Shown here: positions 18,024 through 27,750 of the stretch, one piece after another
Layout: each line of letters opens with the position of its first letter
Numbering within the stretch: the first letter of the stretch is position 1
Origin: Candidatus Saganbacteria bacterium
GTDB lineage: Bacteria > Margulisbacteria > WOR-1 > O2-12-FULL-45-9 > XYB2-FULL-48-7
Assembly: GCA_016939335.1 (NCBI GenBank)
Contig: JAFGHC010000030.1
Coordinates: forward strand, 15,230-79,229
Direction of reading: 5' to 3'
Length of the DNA stretch: 64,000 bases
The notes under the pieces: model-generated
The model's database searches: none
What the model saw: only the letters and a program-made list of their open reading frames with translations
What the model was told of the DNA's origin: nothing
Translations under genes and position numbers: made by a program

Positions 18024-19737
18024 TATTGTTCACCCGCCCCAAGCCAACCGCTCGCTTGAGCGAATTAAGCGCCTGATTAAATGCCCCGCGGATCAGATAT
18101 CTTCTTGGCCAGATTTGCTCATAAAATCTATACGAAAGCACTGGCATTAAAGTGTACACGGCCAGTAAAACATTGAGCGTGAACTTGAACAAGCTCGACG
18201 ATAAAAAGAAGCGGCGTGCGCAGGCGCGGCAATACATCATCGCGAAATAATAGTATTTTGATTTAAGCACATAATTCCCATAGTGGCTGACTGTTTTACA
18301 ATGAGGGCATTCGACCGAAAGCGAAAATGTCCCATCCTTCGCTTTCGCCGCCTTCCATTTTTTGGCATAGACACGGTCCTTAATAACCGCCTTGTTTATC
18401 TCATACCATAAACGCGCGAACGCCCGGTCCGTCAGGCTATCGCTCATGTTAAAAAGGCCGAAGATCCGGTTCTCGATGAAATCAATTTTATCTTTGATAA
18501 TCCCTTTTCCCAGGCATTTCTGATAAAGCGGGGTGCCCGGATAAGGGCTAATAAAGTTCAACATTATGCCCGCCTCCCGGTTCGCTTTCCAGTAGCTCAA
18601 AGTTTCTTTGATCGTTTGCCTGGTCTCGGCCGGATCGCCAAAAATAAAATTAGCCTGAAGGCTGATCTTATTCTTCAGGGTCAGCCTGACCGCCCGGTCA
18701 ATCTGTTCGGCGGTAATGCGCTTTTTCATGCTCTTGAGAACAGCCGGGCTATAACTTTCGAAACCATAACTTATTGAATAACAACCCGCTTCCTTCATGG
18801 CCTTCAACGTTGGCTCATCTAATTTATCAACCCGCATCTGACAACCCCATTTACATGGCCAGCTGATTTCTTTTAGCAGGATTTTGATCTGCCGGCAGAA
18901 TTCAGCCAGCCATTCCCGATCGTCGGAGAACAACTCGTCATAAATCCAGATCAGGTTAATGCGGTAGCGTTTTACCATGGCTGATAATTCTTCCATTATC
19001 GATTTAATAGATCGCTGCCGGTACTTTTGGCCGATCGGATGGTAGCAAAAAGTGCACGAATAGGGGCAAGAGCGGCTGCAGATGATGGGATAAACTCTCG
19101 GCTGATCAAATAATTCCATCCCGAAGTAGTCGGAGGGGCGCATTTTCTCCAGATACTTATCATATTCAAATGATTCGAAATCCGGCCAGGGGAGTGAATC
19201 AATGTCCGCTATCGGCGCACGAGCCTTCGTCAGAATGATCTGACCGGCTTGATCACGATAACCGATGCCCGCGACCCTGCCAATCTCCCCCTGCTTCTCA
19301 AGGTATGAGATAAGCTCACAGATCGTTTCTTCTCCTTCGCCCAGAACGATAAAGTCCGGGCTTAAAACAGAAAACATCAATTCCGGCTCACTGGAGATCA
19401 AGCCGCCCCCCAAAATCAATTTGATCTCCGGCTGACCGGCATGGAAAGCTTCGACCACCGCTTTGATCTGACGGTAGCTGGTCGAGATCCCCCCCGTGCA
19501 GGCAACCTCGAAGGGCCCGTGCTTCTTAATATAATTATTGAGCAGTTCCGGAATGGCCCCGTAATAATGGTTAAGGTTAAAACAGGCCACCTGATGCCCG
19601 GCTTGTTTCAAGACGGAAGAAAGATACGCCAGCCCCAGCGGGAACATATAATTATAGTTCTCCGCTTCTTCCAGCCGCATACGCGGGACAACGATCAATA
19701 TCCTCATTTCATATATTCCTCGATCTGCTGCCAGCAT
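18016..19737 (-). CDS. B12-binding (class B) radical SAM enzyme
   Basis: 573 aa; N-terminal B12-binding-like domain (RILIVVPRMRLEE..MFPLGLAYLSSVL), radical SAM motif CSRSCPYSCTFCYHP. Confidence 0.7.
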   Translation of the reverse strand: MLAADRGIYEMRILIVVPRMRLEEAENYNYMFPLGLAYLSSVLKQAGHQVACFNLNHYYGAIPELLNNYIKKHGPFEVACTGGISTSYRQIKAVVEAFHAGQPEIKLILGGGLISSEPELMFSVLSPDFIVLGEGEETICELISYLEKQGEIGRVAGIGYRDQAGQIILTKARAPIADIDSLPWPDFESFEYDKYLEKMRPSDYFGMELFDQPRVYPIICSRSCPYSCTFCYHPIGQKYRQRSIKSIMEELSAMVKRYRINLIWIYDELFSDDREWLAEFCRQIKILLKEISWPCKWGCQMRVDKLDEPTLKAMKEAGCYSISYGFESYSPAVLKSMKKRITAEQIDRAVRLTLKNKISLQANFIFGDPAETRQTIKETLSYWKANREAGIMLNFISPYPGTPLYQKCLGKGIIKDKIDFIENRIFGLFNMSDSLTDRAFARLWYEINKAVIKDRVYAKKWKAAKAKDGTFSLSVECPHCKTVSHYGNYVLKSKYYYFAMMYCRACARRFFLSSSLFKFTLNVLLAVYTLMPVLSYRFYEQIWPRRYLIRGAFNQALNSLKRAVGLGRVNNNV

Positions 19738-20750
19738 TTTTTTCTAACGTCTTCGCCGCGCTGATAGGGTCTGGTCCATTCAATCACTTTAGCCAGCGCT
19801 TCTCCGAGGCGGTATTTCGGCCGCCATTTTAATTGCTTTTTTGCCTTGGAATTATCTAATCTCAAACAAGCCGTTTCATGAGGCTGCTGGCCGCACTCAA
19901 TTATATAAGCGGCTTCTCCGCCCCAGACCCGGCATAACTCTTTGACAAGCCATTCGACCGATCTAGCGTCACTGTCGTCCGGCCCGAAATTCCAGGCCCC
20001 GGCATATTTATCGCCGCTCCGGTACAACTTCTCGGCTAAAATCAGATAGCCCATTAACGGCTCCAAAACATACTGCCAGGGACGCGTGGCTTTGGGGTTC
20101 CTGATTTTAATTCTTTCGCCTTTTAAAACCGCCCGGACAAAATCCGGAACCAATCTGTCAACCGCCCAGTCCCCTCCCCCGATCACATTCCCGGCCCGGG
20201 CGGTCGCGACGTTCATCCCGTATGACCGCCGGTAAGCCTGGGCGACAAGTTCCGAGCACGCTTTGCTGCTCGAGTAAGGATCATGCCCTCCTAATGCGTC
20301 AGTTTCTTTAAAACCCGCGTCCCTCATCCCCCGTACCCCAGACCTGATCTCGTACACCTTATCCGTCGTCACATTGACGACCGCCCGGACGCTTTTACCG
20401 GCCCTGGCCGCCTCAAGCACGTTGACCGTCCCCATCACATTGACTGCGAAGGTCTCGCTCGGTACCTTATATGATTCTCTCACGATCGGCTGGGCCGCCA
20501 TGTGGATCACGATCTCCGGCTTGGCAGCTGACATGGCCTTTTTCAGCGACTTGGAATCCCTTACGTCAGCAATCACCGAACTGACCAATTCATCAACCTT
20601 ACATAAATTAAATAGGCTCGGGTTGGTCGGCGGACGCAGGGCATAGCCGGTCACTTTCGCCCCGAGCAGGCTTAGCCAGAGGCAAAGCCAGGAGCCCTTA
20701 AAGCCGGTGTGGCCGGTAATAAACACCCTTTTCTTGCGCCAGAATTCCAC
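19704..20750 (-). CDS. rfbG: CDP-glucose 4,6-dehydratase
   Basis: 348 aa; GTG start with AAGGGGG Shine-Dalgarno; RVFITGHTGFKGSWLCLWL..HMAAQPIVRESY..NVMGTVNVLEA collinear with Salmonella/Yersinia RfbG/DdhB. Confidence 0.85.
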   Translation of the reverse strand: MEFWRKKRVFITGHTGFKGSWLCLWLSLLGAKVTGYALRPPTNPSLFNLCKVDELVSSVIADVRDSKSLKKAMSAAKPEIVIHMAAQPIVRESYKVPSETFAVNVMGTVNVLEAARAGKSVRAVVNVTTDKVYEIRSGVRGMRDAGFKETDALGGHDPYSSSKACSELVAQAYRRSYGMNVATARAGNVIGGGDWAVDRLVPDFVRAVLKGERIKIRNPKATRPWQYVLEPLMGYLILAEKLYRSGDKYAGAWNFGPDDSDARSVEWLVKELCRVWGGEAAYIIECGQQPHETACLRLDNSKAKKQLKWRPKYRLGEALAKVIEWTRPYQRGEDVRKKCWQQIEEYMK

Positions 20751-20762
20751 TCTAACCCCCTT

Positions 20763-20846
20763 AATTAAACAATGTCACAATTAAACAACTCACAGCCAAA
20801 ATTAAACAATTCTCAACTAAAATTAAACAATGACACAATTAAACAA
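20763..20846. repeat. Array of 5 AATTAAACAA units (left arm of inverted repeat arrays flanking the 4-helix-bundle gene)
   Basis: AATTAAACAA at 20763, 20779, 20800, 20821 and 20837 with 5-12 nt spacers; reverse complement of the TTGTTTAATT units at 21251-21338. Confidence 0.8.
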
Positions 20847-20860
20847 TTCACAAATATTAG

Positions 20861-21250
20861 TTAATTGTCTAATTGCGCCGAAGCCTTGGTCAGTATACTG
20901 CTCAAGATATTCCTTAATTCAAGGCTTTCCCGCAATAAGTCGTCAATTTCTTTCTTGTTCACTTCATTTTCCAATAATCCGACCTCTTTCACTATTCTAA
21001 GCCAATAAGTGGTTTCCCTCGCTTCTCTTCGGGCAATTCCCATTTTATAAATAAAATCCTTTTTGGAATGAGCGTCGTCCGCTTCTTCCACGTTCGCGCC
21101 AATCGACGTCCCCGCCGCCATTAATTGTTCCCCCAGCTTAAAGCCCGCCGTGCTCTTAGGGAAGGCCATCACGAGCTTTATGATCCTCAAGCTAAAATCA
21201 AAAGTCCTGTCTTTTATATCAAACTTTTTTCGCTCTATTTTATTTCCCAT
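20861..21250 (-). CDS. Four-helix-bundle protein (23S rRNA intervening-sequence protein family)
   Basis: 129 aa; all-helical, K/E-rich, central GTSIGANVEEAD..ARRE motif typical of the S23-IVS/four-helix-bundle family; AT-rich relative to flanks; bracketed by inverted repeat arrays. Confidence 0.6.
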   Translation of the reverse strand: MGNKIERKKFDIKDRTFDFSLRIIKLVMAFPKSTAGFKLGEQLMAAGTSIGANVEEADDAHSKKDFIYKMGIARREARETTYWLRIVKEVGLLENEVNKKEIDDLLRESLELRNILSSILTKASAQLDN

Positions 21251-21338
21251 TTGTTTAATTGTTTAATTGTGATTTGTTTAATTGTTTAATTGTGATTTGT
21301 TTAATTGTTTAATTGGGTTTTGTTTAATTGTTTAATTT
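21251..21338. repeat. Array of about 8 TTGTTTAATT units (24-nt super-unit TTGTTTAATTGTTTAATTGTGATT twice, plus variants)
   Basis: Direct tandem repeats read from sequence; inverted relative to the 20763-20846 array; overlaps the 3' end of rfbF. Confidence 0.8.
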
Positions 21339-22113
21339 ATCCCCAAACCTTCCAGGCCGCCTGGCCCGACCGCCAGAGCTCTTCAAGCATATTTTTCTCC
21401 CTCAAAGTATCCATCGGCTGCCAGAAACCGTTATGTTTATAGGCCATCAATTGGCCTTCCTTGGCCAGCCTTTTTACCGGCATGTTCTCAAAGGCCATCT
21501 GATCCCCCTCGATATAATCGATGACTTTCGGATCCAGGACAAAAAAGCCGCCGTTGATCCAGGTATAGTTCCCCTCGGTCTTCTCCAGGAATCTCTCCAC
21601 GGTATTTTCTTTGCTGATCCGCAAGGCGCCGAACCGTCCGAGCGGCCTGACGGCGGTCACGGTCGCCAGCTTGCCGTGGGCGCGATGAAAGTCCAGTAAT
21701 TCCTTAAGGTTAATATCGGCAACGCCATCGCCATACGTGAACATAAAAGGTTCGTTACCAAGGTACTCCTTCACCCTTTTCAGCCGGCCGCCGGTCTGGG
21801 TCTCCAGCCCCGTATCGACCAGGGTCACCTCCCAGGGCTCGGCCGTATGGCTATGAATAACTTTCTTTTCGCCTTTATTGAAATTAAAAGTGACATCAGA
21901 TTCATGCAAAAAATAATTCCTGAAATACTCTTTAATCAGGTACCCTTTATAGCCGACGCAAATGACAAACTCATTAAAGCCGTAATGAGAATATCCCTTC
22001 ATGATATGCCAGAGGATCGGTTTTTCACCGATATCAAGCATCGGCTTTGGCTTGAGATAAGATTCCTCGCCGATCCTTGTCCCCTGCCCGCCCGCCAAGA
22101 TAACGACTTTCAT
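21337..22113 (-). CDS. rfbF: Glucose-1-phosphate cytidylyltransferase
   Basis: 258 aa; [76 protein letters not shown] nearly collinear with Salmonella RfbF ([39 protein letters not shown]..). Confidence 0.9.
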   Translation of the reverse strand: [258 protein letters not shown]

Positions 22114-22131
22114 GTCATTCCGCCTCCTCGT

Positions 22132-23628
22132 TTATTTTATGACCTGATAAATAACGATTTGATTGTCACGCTTCTGCCCTTCACTACCATAACCCGGGTC
22201 ATTCACCTTGCCGAAAACCCGGCAATGATCGCTTAAATACCTGCCCAGGTATGCGGCGTGAAAATGTTGTTTTAAATGGGACTCCTGATAAATAATATAT
22301 TTGATATTAAGCTCCTTGATCCGCCGGGCAAACCCGGCGTAGGTCTGGCAATCGTTATCCGGCGCGAGCGAACTGTTCTCGAACGCGTAAAACTTGTATT
22401 CCAGCAGGCCGGGATAGAGCGACATATTCCCGGCCACGGCAAAATCACCCGGCCGGGGCAAGACCGCTTTTAGCTTGCCGGCATAGCGATAATAGTCGTA
22501 ATCATGGTATTTGTGCCAGTAAAACCCCAGACCAGACAGATTGATCACAATAAATAGACCGATCAGCAAAGACACCGGCCGGCCAAATATCTGCTTTAAA
22601 TAAATGACCGTGAAATAAACGAACGGCAGCAGGACCAGATAATAATATTCGCTCATTCTAGGCATAACGATAAAGATTGGCAAAAAACAGAGTGCCGGGC
22701 CCAGGATCCGGCCGATCGTCCGCCATTGCTCGTTGGTCATCCGGCGCCGATCAGCGACCGCCCAAAGCATGCCTGCCAGGAAGAGGAGTGTCGCATTCAA
22801 CGTCTTGTAGTTGACAAAAAAGGCCGCATACCGCAGTAAGATCCCGCCAAAGTTGAAGCTTTCCAGGCTTTTCCTGACAACAATAACTTGAAAATAAAAT
22901 GAATTGAAATCGCTGAAGAGCCAGATCAGATAAGGGACCAGCGGCAAGATAAAGCCGGCTAAAATCAATGCGGCACGTGCTAGTTTCCCCTCTTTCCGGC
23001 TGAACAGCCAGCAGACCATCAGGTAGATCAGCGCGTAAATGCCGTAAAAATGGGTCAGGACCGCCAGCCCCGCCAGCAAACCGCCCAGCAACAAATAGAA
23101 AGACCCCTTGCTCCGCTCCGAGCGTAAATAAGCCAGGATGGCCAGCAGGGAAAGCAAAAGGGTCGGCATTTCCGGCCGGACATAACGGGCCATGATGAAA
23201 TAGAACGGGTTGCTGAGGAACATGATCGCCAGCAGCCATGCGTCTTCGGTCGCCAACTGGAACCGCGCCAGCGACCGGTAAAGCCAGGGGACGGTCAGCA
23301 ACACCAGAAAAGAAGCAAGCAGCGCCAGCACTCTCCCCTGCAGGATGCCGAAACCGATCAGCTTGAACAGCAGGCCGTTCAGCAGATAAAAGAAGGGCGG
23401 GTGAATGTGAAAATAGCGGCTTTCATTATGCCCGGCCTCAAGCATCCGGCTTCCCAGATAACCGTGCAAAGCAAAAGTCCGGGAAACTTCTAACAAGCCA
23501 CCGTCATCCACCCGGATAAACGGCACGGCATCGATCTTGTAGCAATAAGTCAGCAATAAAGCGCCGGCGACCGCTATTAGCACGGCCAAATAAATGCCTT
23601 TTTTATTAAAGATCAACTTTTTCTCCAT
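22132..23628 (-). CDS. Polytopic membrane glycosyltransferase, GT-C fold (ArnT/PMT, GT39/GT83-like)
   Basis: 498 aa; about 11 predicted TM helices, N-terminal periplasmic-loop motif ESRYFHIHPPFFY reminiscent of the ArnT/PMT DE..RY motif. Confidence 0.55.
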   Translation of the reverse strand: MEKKLIFNKKGIYLAVLIAVAGALLLTYCYKIDAVPFIRVDDGGLLEVSRTFALHGYLGSRMLEAGHNESRYFHIHPPFFYLLNGLLFKLIGFGILQGRVLALLASFLVLLTVPWLYRSLARFQLATEDAWLLAIMFLSNPFYFIMARYVRPEMPTLLLSLLAILAYLRSERSKGSFYLLLGGLLAGLAVLTHFYGIYALIYLMVCWLFSRKEGKLARAALILAGFILPLVPYLIWLFSDFNSFYFQVIVVRKSLESFNFGGILLRYAAFFVNYKTLNATLLFLAGMLWAVADRRRMTNEQWRTIGRILGPALCFLPIFIVMPRMSEYYYLVLLPFVYFTVIYLKQIFGRPVSLLIGLFIVINLSGLGFYWHKYHDYDYYRYAGKLKAVLPRPGDFAVAGNMSLYPGLLEYKFYAFENSSLAPDNDCQTYAGFARRIKELNIKYIIYQESHLKQHFHAAYLGRYLSDHCRVFGKVNDPGYGSEGQKRDNQIVIYQVIK

Positions 23629-24713
23629 TAAATGCCCAGCACTTCCTTGAGGCCGATCGGCTCGCCTTTGACCTGCCGGCGGTAAACACCGCGCATCAGT
23701 TTCCAGATAAAACCAGGGATAAATACCAGAGGGACAATTTTCAGCCAGAACATGGGATGCGTCCAGTAGACCCTGAAGAGGAAAGGCAGAATATCCCCGA
23801 TAAAGCGCCGGGGATTTTCTATCCTTAACCTGACCGCCCAGGAAAAGCCATCATTTCTAATAACCAGTTCATCAATTAAGCGAATATACTTTTTGTCCTC
23901 AAAAACAGCGCTGGAAACTTTCCGATAAATCGAAACATCCTGTCTCAGCCGCAACTCAGCAAAAGGCAGGGATTTCCACTGCTCAAGCTCGGGCGTCCCT
24001 TCCTTGCCCCACCGCCTTTTGACCAGAGGCGCCGGCAGGTACTTAATCGTTCCCGGCTCGCCCCCCCACAGGAGCGCCTGAAAAACATAAAGATGCAGAT
24101 AAAAAGTGCCTGTAAACTCCTCTTTACCCCTGACGCGCAGCCATTTTTCCCGGAGAAAAATGATGTTCGAAATATAATTGCAATAAGCGATCAGCTTCTT
24201 ATTCGCCTTAAAATACCGGTCGACTTCCTCCTTTCGGGAAAAATCAAAGGTCTCCGCCCGGACGAACGGCATGATCTTGCGCCGGCGCATCGGCCGGTCC
24301 GGAGTTAAATAGAAATCCTCTTTTTCTCCCAGATAAAGATCTACCTGATCCTCCCCCTCCAATTCCCGCAAAACACTTTTCAGCGCCCCCGGGGCAAGCA
24401 GGTCATCCGAGCCTAACAGCCAAATATACCTGCCAAGAGCGCGCCCTACCAGCAACTGGAAATTATTGTCCATGCCAACATTCTTTTCGTTTTTAAAATA
24501 TTTGACCGTTAGTTTTGTGCTTGCTTTTATCTTATCTATTACCGCATCGGTCGAATCGGTCGATGCGTTGTCAGAGATGAGAACCTCAAAGTCACCGGCC
24601 TTTACTTCGGCTGCCTGCGCCAAAATGCTGGCCACTGCTTCCTGCAGCGTCTCCGCCCGATTGTAGGTCGGGATACAAATCGACAGCAACGGCTGTTTTT
24701 GTTCAGAACTCAC
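23628..24713 (-). CDS. Family 2 glycosyltransferase (copy 1)
   Basis: 361 aa; LLSICIPTYNRAETL..LISDNASTD (GT2 DxD-type N-terminal domain); paralog of 26686..27750. Confidence 0.75.
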   Translation of the reverse strand: MSSEQKQPLLSICIPTYNRAETLQEAVASILAQAAEVKAGDFEVLISDNASTDSTDAVIDKIKASTKLTVKYFKNEKNVGMDNNFQLLVGRALGRYIWLLGSDDLLAPGALKSVLRELEGEDQVDLYLGEKEDFYLTPDRPMRRRKIMPFVRAETFDFSRKEEVDRYFKANKKLIAYCNYISNIIFLREKWLRVRGKEEFTGTFYLHLYVFQALLWGGEPGTIKYLPAPLVKRRWGKEGTPELEQWKSLPFAELRLRQDVSIYRKVSSAVFEDKKYIRLIDELVIRNDGFSWAVRLRIENPRRFIGDILPFLFRVYWTHPMFWLKIVPLVFIPGFIWKLMRGVYRRQVKGEPIGLKEVLGI

Positions 24714-26149
24714 TTGCTTTTTAACTCCTTGGCAAAGCCCAGAATAAACGTTTTATCCCAAACAAATAACATCGCTAAATAAACCGAGACAAAGGCCAGC
24801 CCTGCCAGCGACTGACTGACCAGCCAATGATGGACAGTGAGCCAGCTCCGGGCTAAAAACCAGGCCAGGCCCGCCAGCAAGGTATAAACCAGCGGCTTGC
24901 CCACCGCCGGGAGGAATTCCAGCGTCATGACCGATCGGGAAAACCGATAAACCACCGCTAACGCCGCCAGCTCCGCCAGCAGAGTGGCAGAAGCGGCGCC
25001 GTAAAAACTAAAAGCCGGGATCAAAAGAAGGTTGAAGACGAGATTGACAGTGGCGCCCGCCAACGAAGAGTAAAGAAAAAGATTGTAGTGCCCTGACGGT
25101 ATCAGGATCAGCACGCCATAAGTGCTGCCGAGCGACATCGGCAGCAGGGCCCAGCACAGTATTCTTAGGCCCAGAACGGCCTGGTCATATTGCGAGCCGA
25201 AAAACAGCCTGATGATCAGCGGCGCCGCCAGAAAGGTCAATAAAACCAGGGGAACAATTAAAATAAGTGTCAGGCGAAGGAACTTTTGCAGGAATCTATG
25301 AGCCGCTTCCTGGTCGGTCTGGAAACGGGCGCTGGCGACCGGCATCGCGGTTGAGAGCCAGGTACAAAATATCCCCAGGCCGATAAAAAATATCTTATAA
25401 GCCGCGTTATAATAACCGACCATTTCCGGCCGGTCCATAAAGCCAAGCATGACCGTGTCCAGATTATTGCAGACCTGGATCATGGCCAGCGAGGCGCCCA
25501 GCGGCAGCGCCAGCAAAAAATAATTCGCCCATTGCGCCGGCGCCAGCCAGCCGAAATCAACCGTTAAAACCCTCCTGAACAAAAAAATCAGCATCAGACC
25601 GGAGACCAGGACGCCGGCCAGCGAGATGATCGCCACCGCGCCAAGCAGGTCGGCCGGGCCTTTGACCAGCAGCAGGGCCAAGCCTCCCGCCAGCAATGTG
25701 TACGCCAGCTTGCCGACCGTGATAAATTCCATCTGCTCCAGCCCCTGAAACACCCAGTCAGCGTTCAGCGCCCGGTAAAAGATGAAAATAAAAGCCAGCA
25801 GAAAAAGCAGTTTCATATTTGCCGCAATTGGCAAAAAAGTGACCAGCAAGGCAGAAGCCAGATAGAGCAGCAAGGCAATGGACAGCCTGACGGCAAAGAT
25901 ATTGAGCGCCAAATGCCCGGCTATGCTCTTGTTCGCAGCGATCTTATTCATGCCAAAAAGCGACAAGCCGGAATCGACCAACAGCACCAAATAAGAAGTA
26001 ACGGCCTGGGCAAAACTCAAAAGGCCGAAGGCCCAGACGCCCAGGACCCGGGCCAGGAAAACATAGATCAGGAAAAGCAGGCCGCCGGAAGCGATATTAC
26101 CGCCCAGCAACCAGATAAAATTCTTAGCGATCCGTTTTGTCGTGCTCAT
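24710..26149 (-). CDS. wzx: Wzx-type oligosaccharide flippase (MOP superfamily), copy 1
   Basis: 479 aa; about 12-14 TM helices, N-terminal KRIAKNFIWLLGGNIASG typical of polysaccharide biosynthesis/flippase proteins; paralog of 27747..29195. Confidence 0.7.
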   Translation of the reverse strand: MSTTKRIAKNFIWLLGGNIASGGLLFLIYVFLARVLGVWAFGLLSFAQAVTSYLVLLVDSGLSLFGMNKIAANKSIAGHLALNIFAVRLSIALLLYLASALLVTFLPIAANMKLLFLLAFIFIFYRALNADWVFQGLEQMEFITVGKLAYTLLAGGLALLLVKGPADLLGAVAIISLAGVLVSGLMLIFLFRRVLTVDFGWLAPAQWANYFLLALPLGASLAMIQVCNNLDTVMLGFMDRPEMVGYYNAAYKIFFIGLGIFCTWLSTAMPVASARFQTDQEAAHRFLQKFLRLTLILIVPLVLLTFLAAPLIIRLFFGSQYDQAVLGLRILCWALLPMSLGSTYGVLILIPSGHYNLFLYSSLAGATVNLVFNLLLIPAFSFYGAASATLLAELAALAVVYRFSRSVMTLEFLPAVGKPLVYTLLAGLAWFLARSWLTVHHWLVSQSLAGLAFVSVYLAMLFVWDKTFILGFAKELKSK

Positions 26150-26679
26150 TCCGGGATCAACCCCACGCTCCAGTAAGCTTCGCCCAGCCTTTCCCTGATA
26201 TTTATCGACCGGAAACCATTGGTCTTCTTGCCCCTGATCCCGACCAGGACCAGCGCTTTTGGGTCATTGAGATCTTTCAGCTCATTAATGCGCTCGTAAT
26301 CAAAGCCCTTCAGGGCCAGTTCAATAATGTCCGCCAGGTCGTCATCGCCCAGCACGACGAACTTCCTCTGGCCGCGGTTAAACTCCTCCAGCACGATCCC
26401 GGCGATCTCCGCTTTGACCTTTTTTACCAGGCCAATAGTCTTAAGAATATAATTGTAAGATTTTGCCGCTTTTTCGGAGAAGCCTTTTGGGGTCAGCGCG
26501 TATTCGAGCTTTTTAGAGTTAAGGTTGGTGGTCTTGACCACGCCGCGCTTGACCAGCCGCTTAATAATAATGTTAACGGCGCCCAGCGACAGGTTAGTCC
26601 GGGCCGACAGTTCCCGCTGGGTCAGGTTCTGGCGGCGCGAGATCTCTTCAATTACTTTATGTTCGTTATCGTCAACCAT
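26146..26679 (-). CDS. Winged helix-turn-helix transcriptional regulator
   Basis: 177 aa; N-terminal HTH LTQRELSARTNLSLGAVNIIIKRLVKRGVVK; lies between the two GT2-flippase modules. Confidence 0.5.
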   Translation of the reverse strand: MVDDNEHKVIEEISRRQNLTQRELSARTNLSLGAVNIIIKRLVKRGVVKTTNLNSKKLEYALTPKGFSEKAAKSYNYILKTIGLVKKVKAEIAGIVLEEFNRGQRKFVVLGDDDLADIIELALKGFDYERINELKDLNDPKALVLVGIRGKKTNGFRSINIRERLGEAYWSVGLIPE

Positions 26680-26685
26680 AGCTTT

Positions 26686-27750
26686 TTAGGCCTCAAGCAG
26701 CTCCCGGGCGCTCAATGACTCCCCCTTAACCATTATTCTATAAGAGCCACGCAAGATTCTTAAGATAAACCCCGGCACAAACAGCAGCGGAACGATTTTC
26801 AGCCAAAAAAGCGGCAGTTCCCAATAATACTCCCATAATAAAGGGAACAACTTAAAACAATAATTCCAACGATCATTAATCACTGCCCTGACCGCCCAGG
26901 AAAAACCATCATTTTTGATCACCAGCTCATCTATCAACCGGACATATTTCTTATCAGCAAATACATCTTCAGCAATCCGCCGGTAAATTTGCATGTCCAC
27001 TTCCAACCTTTCCCCAAACTCAACCGGAGGGTTATTGCCCCAACCCCTCATTACCAGCGGTAGCGGCAAATACTTCATTACCCCTGGCTTTTTGCCCCAT
27101 AAGATCGATTGGAAGATATAAACATGGATATATTGAGTGCCAACATATTTCTCCTTTTGTTCGATCCGAAGCCAGGCTTTTCGCTTAAAAATAATATTGG
27201 AGATAAAATTACAATAAGCGATCAGCCTTTTATTGCGCCTAAAGTACTCATCGATTGTCTGTCTCTCCTTAAAATCGAACACTTTCGCCTCCAGATATTT
27301 CATTATCCGGCGAAAGCGCATCGGCCTGTCAGGCGTTCGATAAAAATCTTTTTTCTCGCAGAAATATATGTCTACCGGTTCACTCTTTTTGATCTCCTGC
27401 ATGATAACCTTTAACGCGCCCGGGGCCAGCATATCATCGCTCCCCAACATCCAGACATAGCGACCACTGGCGCGTTCCACCGCCAATAAAAAATTGCGCT
27501 CAGATCCGACATTCTTTTCATTTACAAAATATTTTATCGTTGCTCCTGACCCCTGCTTCAGCCGCTCTACGATCAAAGCCGACTCATCAGTCGATGCGTT
27601 ATCAGAAACAATAATCTCCACGCCATCGCCAATCGTTCCGTCGATTTGGGCCAAGACGCTCTCAACCGCCATTTTTAAAAGCTGTGCCCGGTTATAGGTC
27701 GGGATGCAAATGGAAAGCAGTGGCTGTGCTTTTCTTATCGTTGCACTCAT
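26686..27750 (-). CDS. Family 2 glycosyltransferase (copy 2)
   Basis: 354 aa; LLSICIPTYNRAQLL..IVSDNASTDES; C-terminal region collinear with copy 1 (..LIDELVIKNDGFSWAVR..WLKIVPLLFVPGFI). Confidence 0.75.
   Translation of the reverse strand: MSATIRKAQPLLSICIPTYNRAQLLKMAVESVLAQIDGTIGDGVEIIVSDNASTDESALIVERLKQGSGATIKYFVNEKNVGSERNFLLAVERASGRYVWMLGSDDMLAPGALKVIMQEIKKSEPVDIYFCEKKDFYRTPDRPMRFRRIMKYLEAKVFDFKERQTIDEYFRRNKRLIAYCNFISNIIFKRKAWLRIEQKEKYVGTQYIHVYIFQSILWGKKPGVMKYLPLPLVMRGWGNNPPVEFGERLEVDMQIYRRIAEDVFADKKYVRLIDELVIKNDGFSWAVRAVINDRWNYCFKLFPLLWEYYWELPLFWLKIVPLLFVPGFILRILRGSYRIMVKGESLSARELLEA

Noticed and set aside
20763-21338. The TTGTTTAATT / AATTAAACAA repeat arrays as a possible CRISPR array.
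   Set aside because: Units are only 9-10 nt with variable 5-12 nt spacers and no uniform unique spacers, and no cas genes are present. Interpreted as inverted repeat arrays flanking a small cassette.
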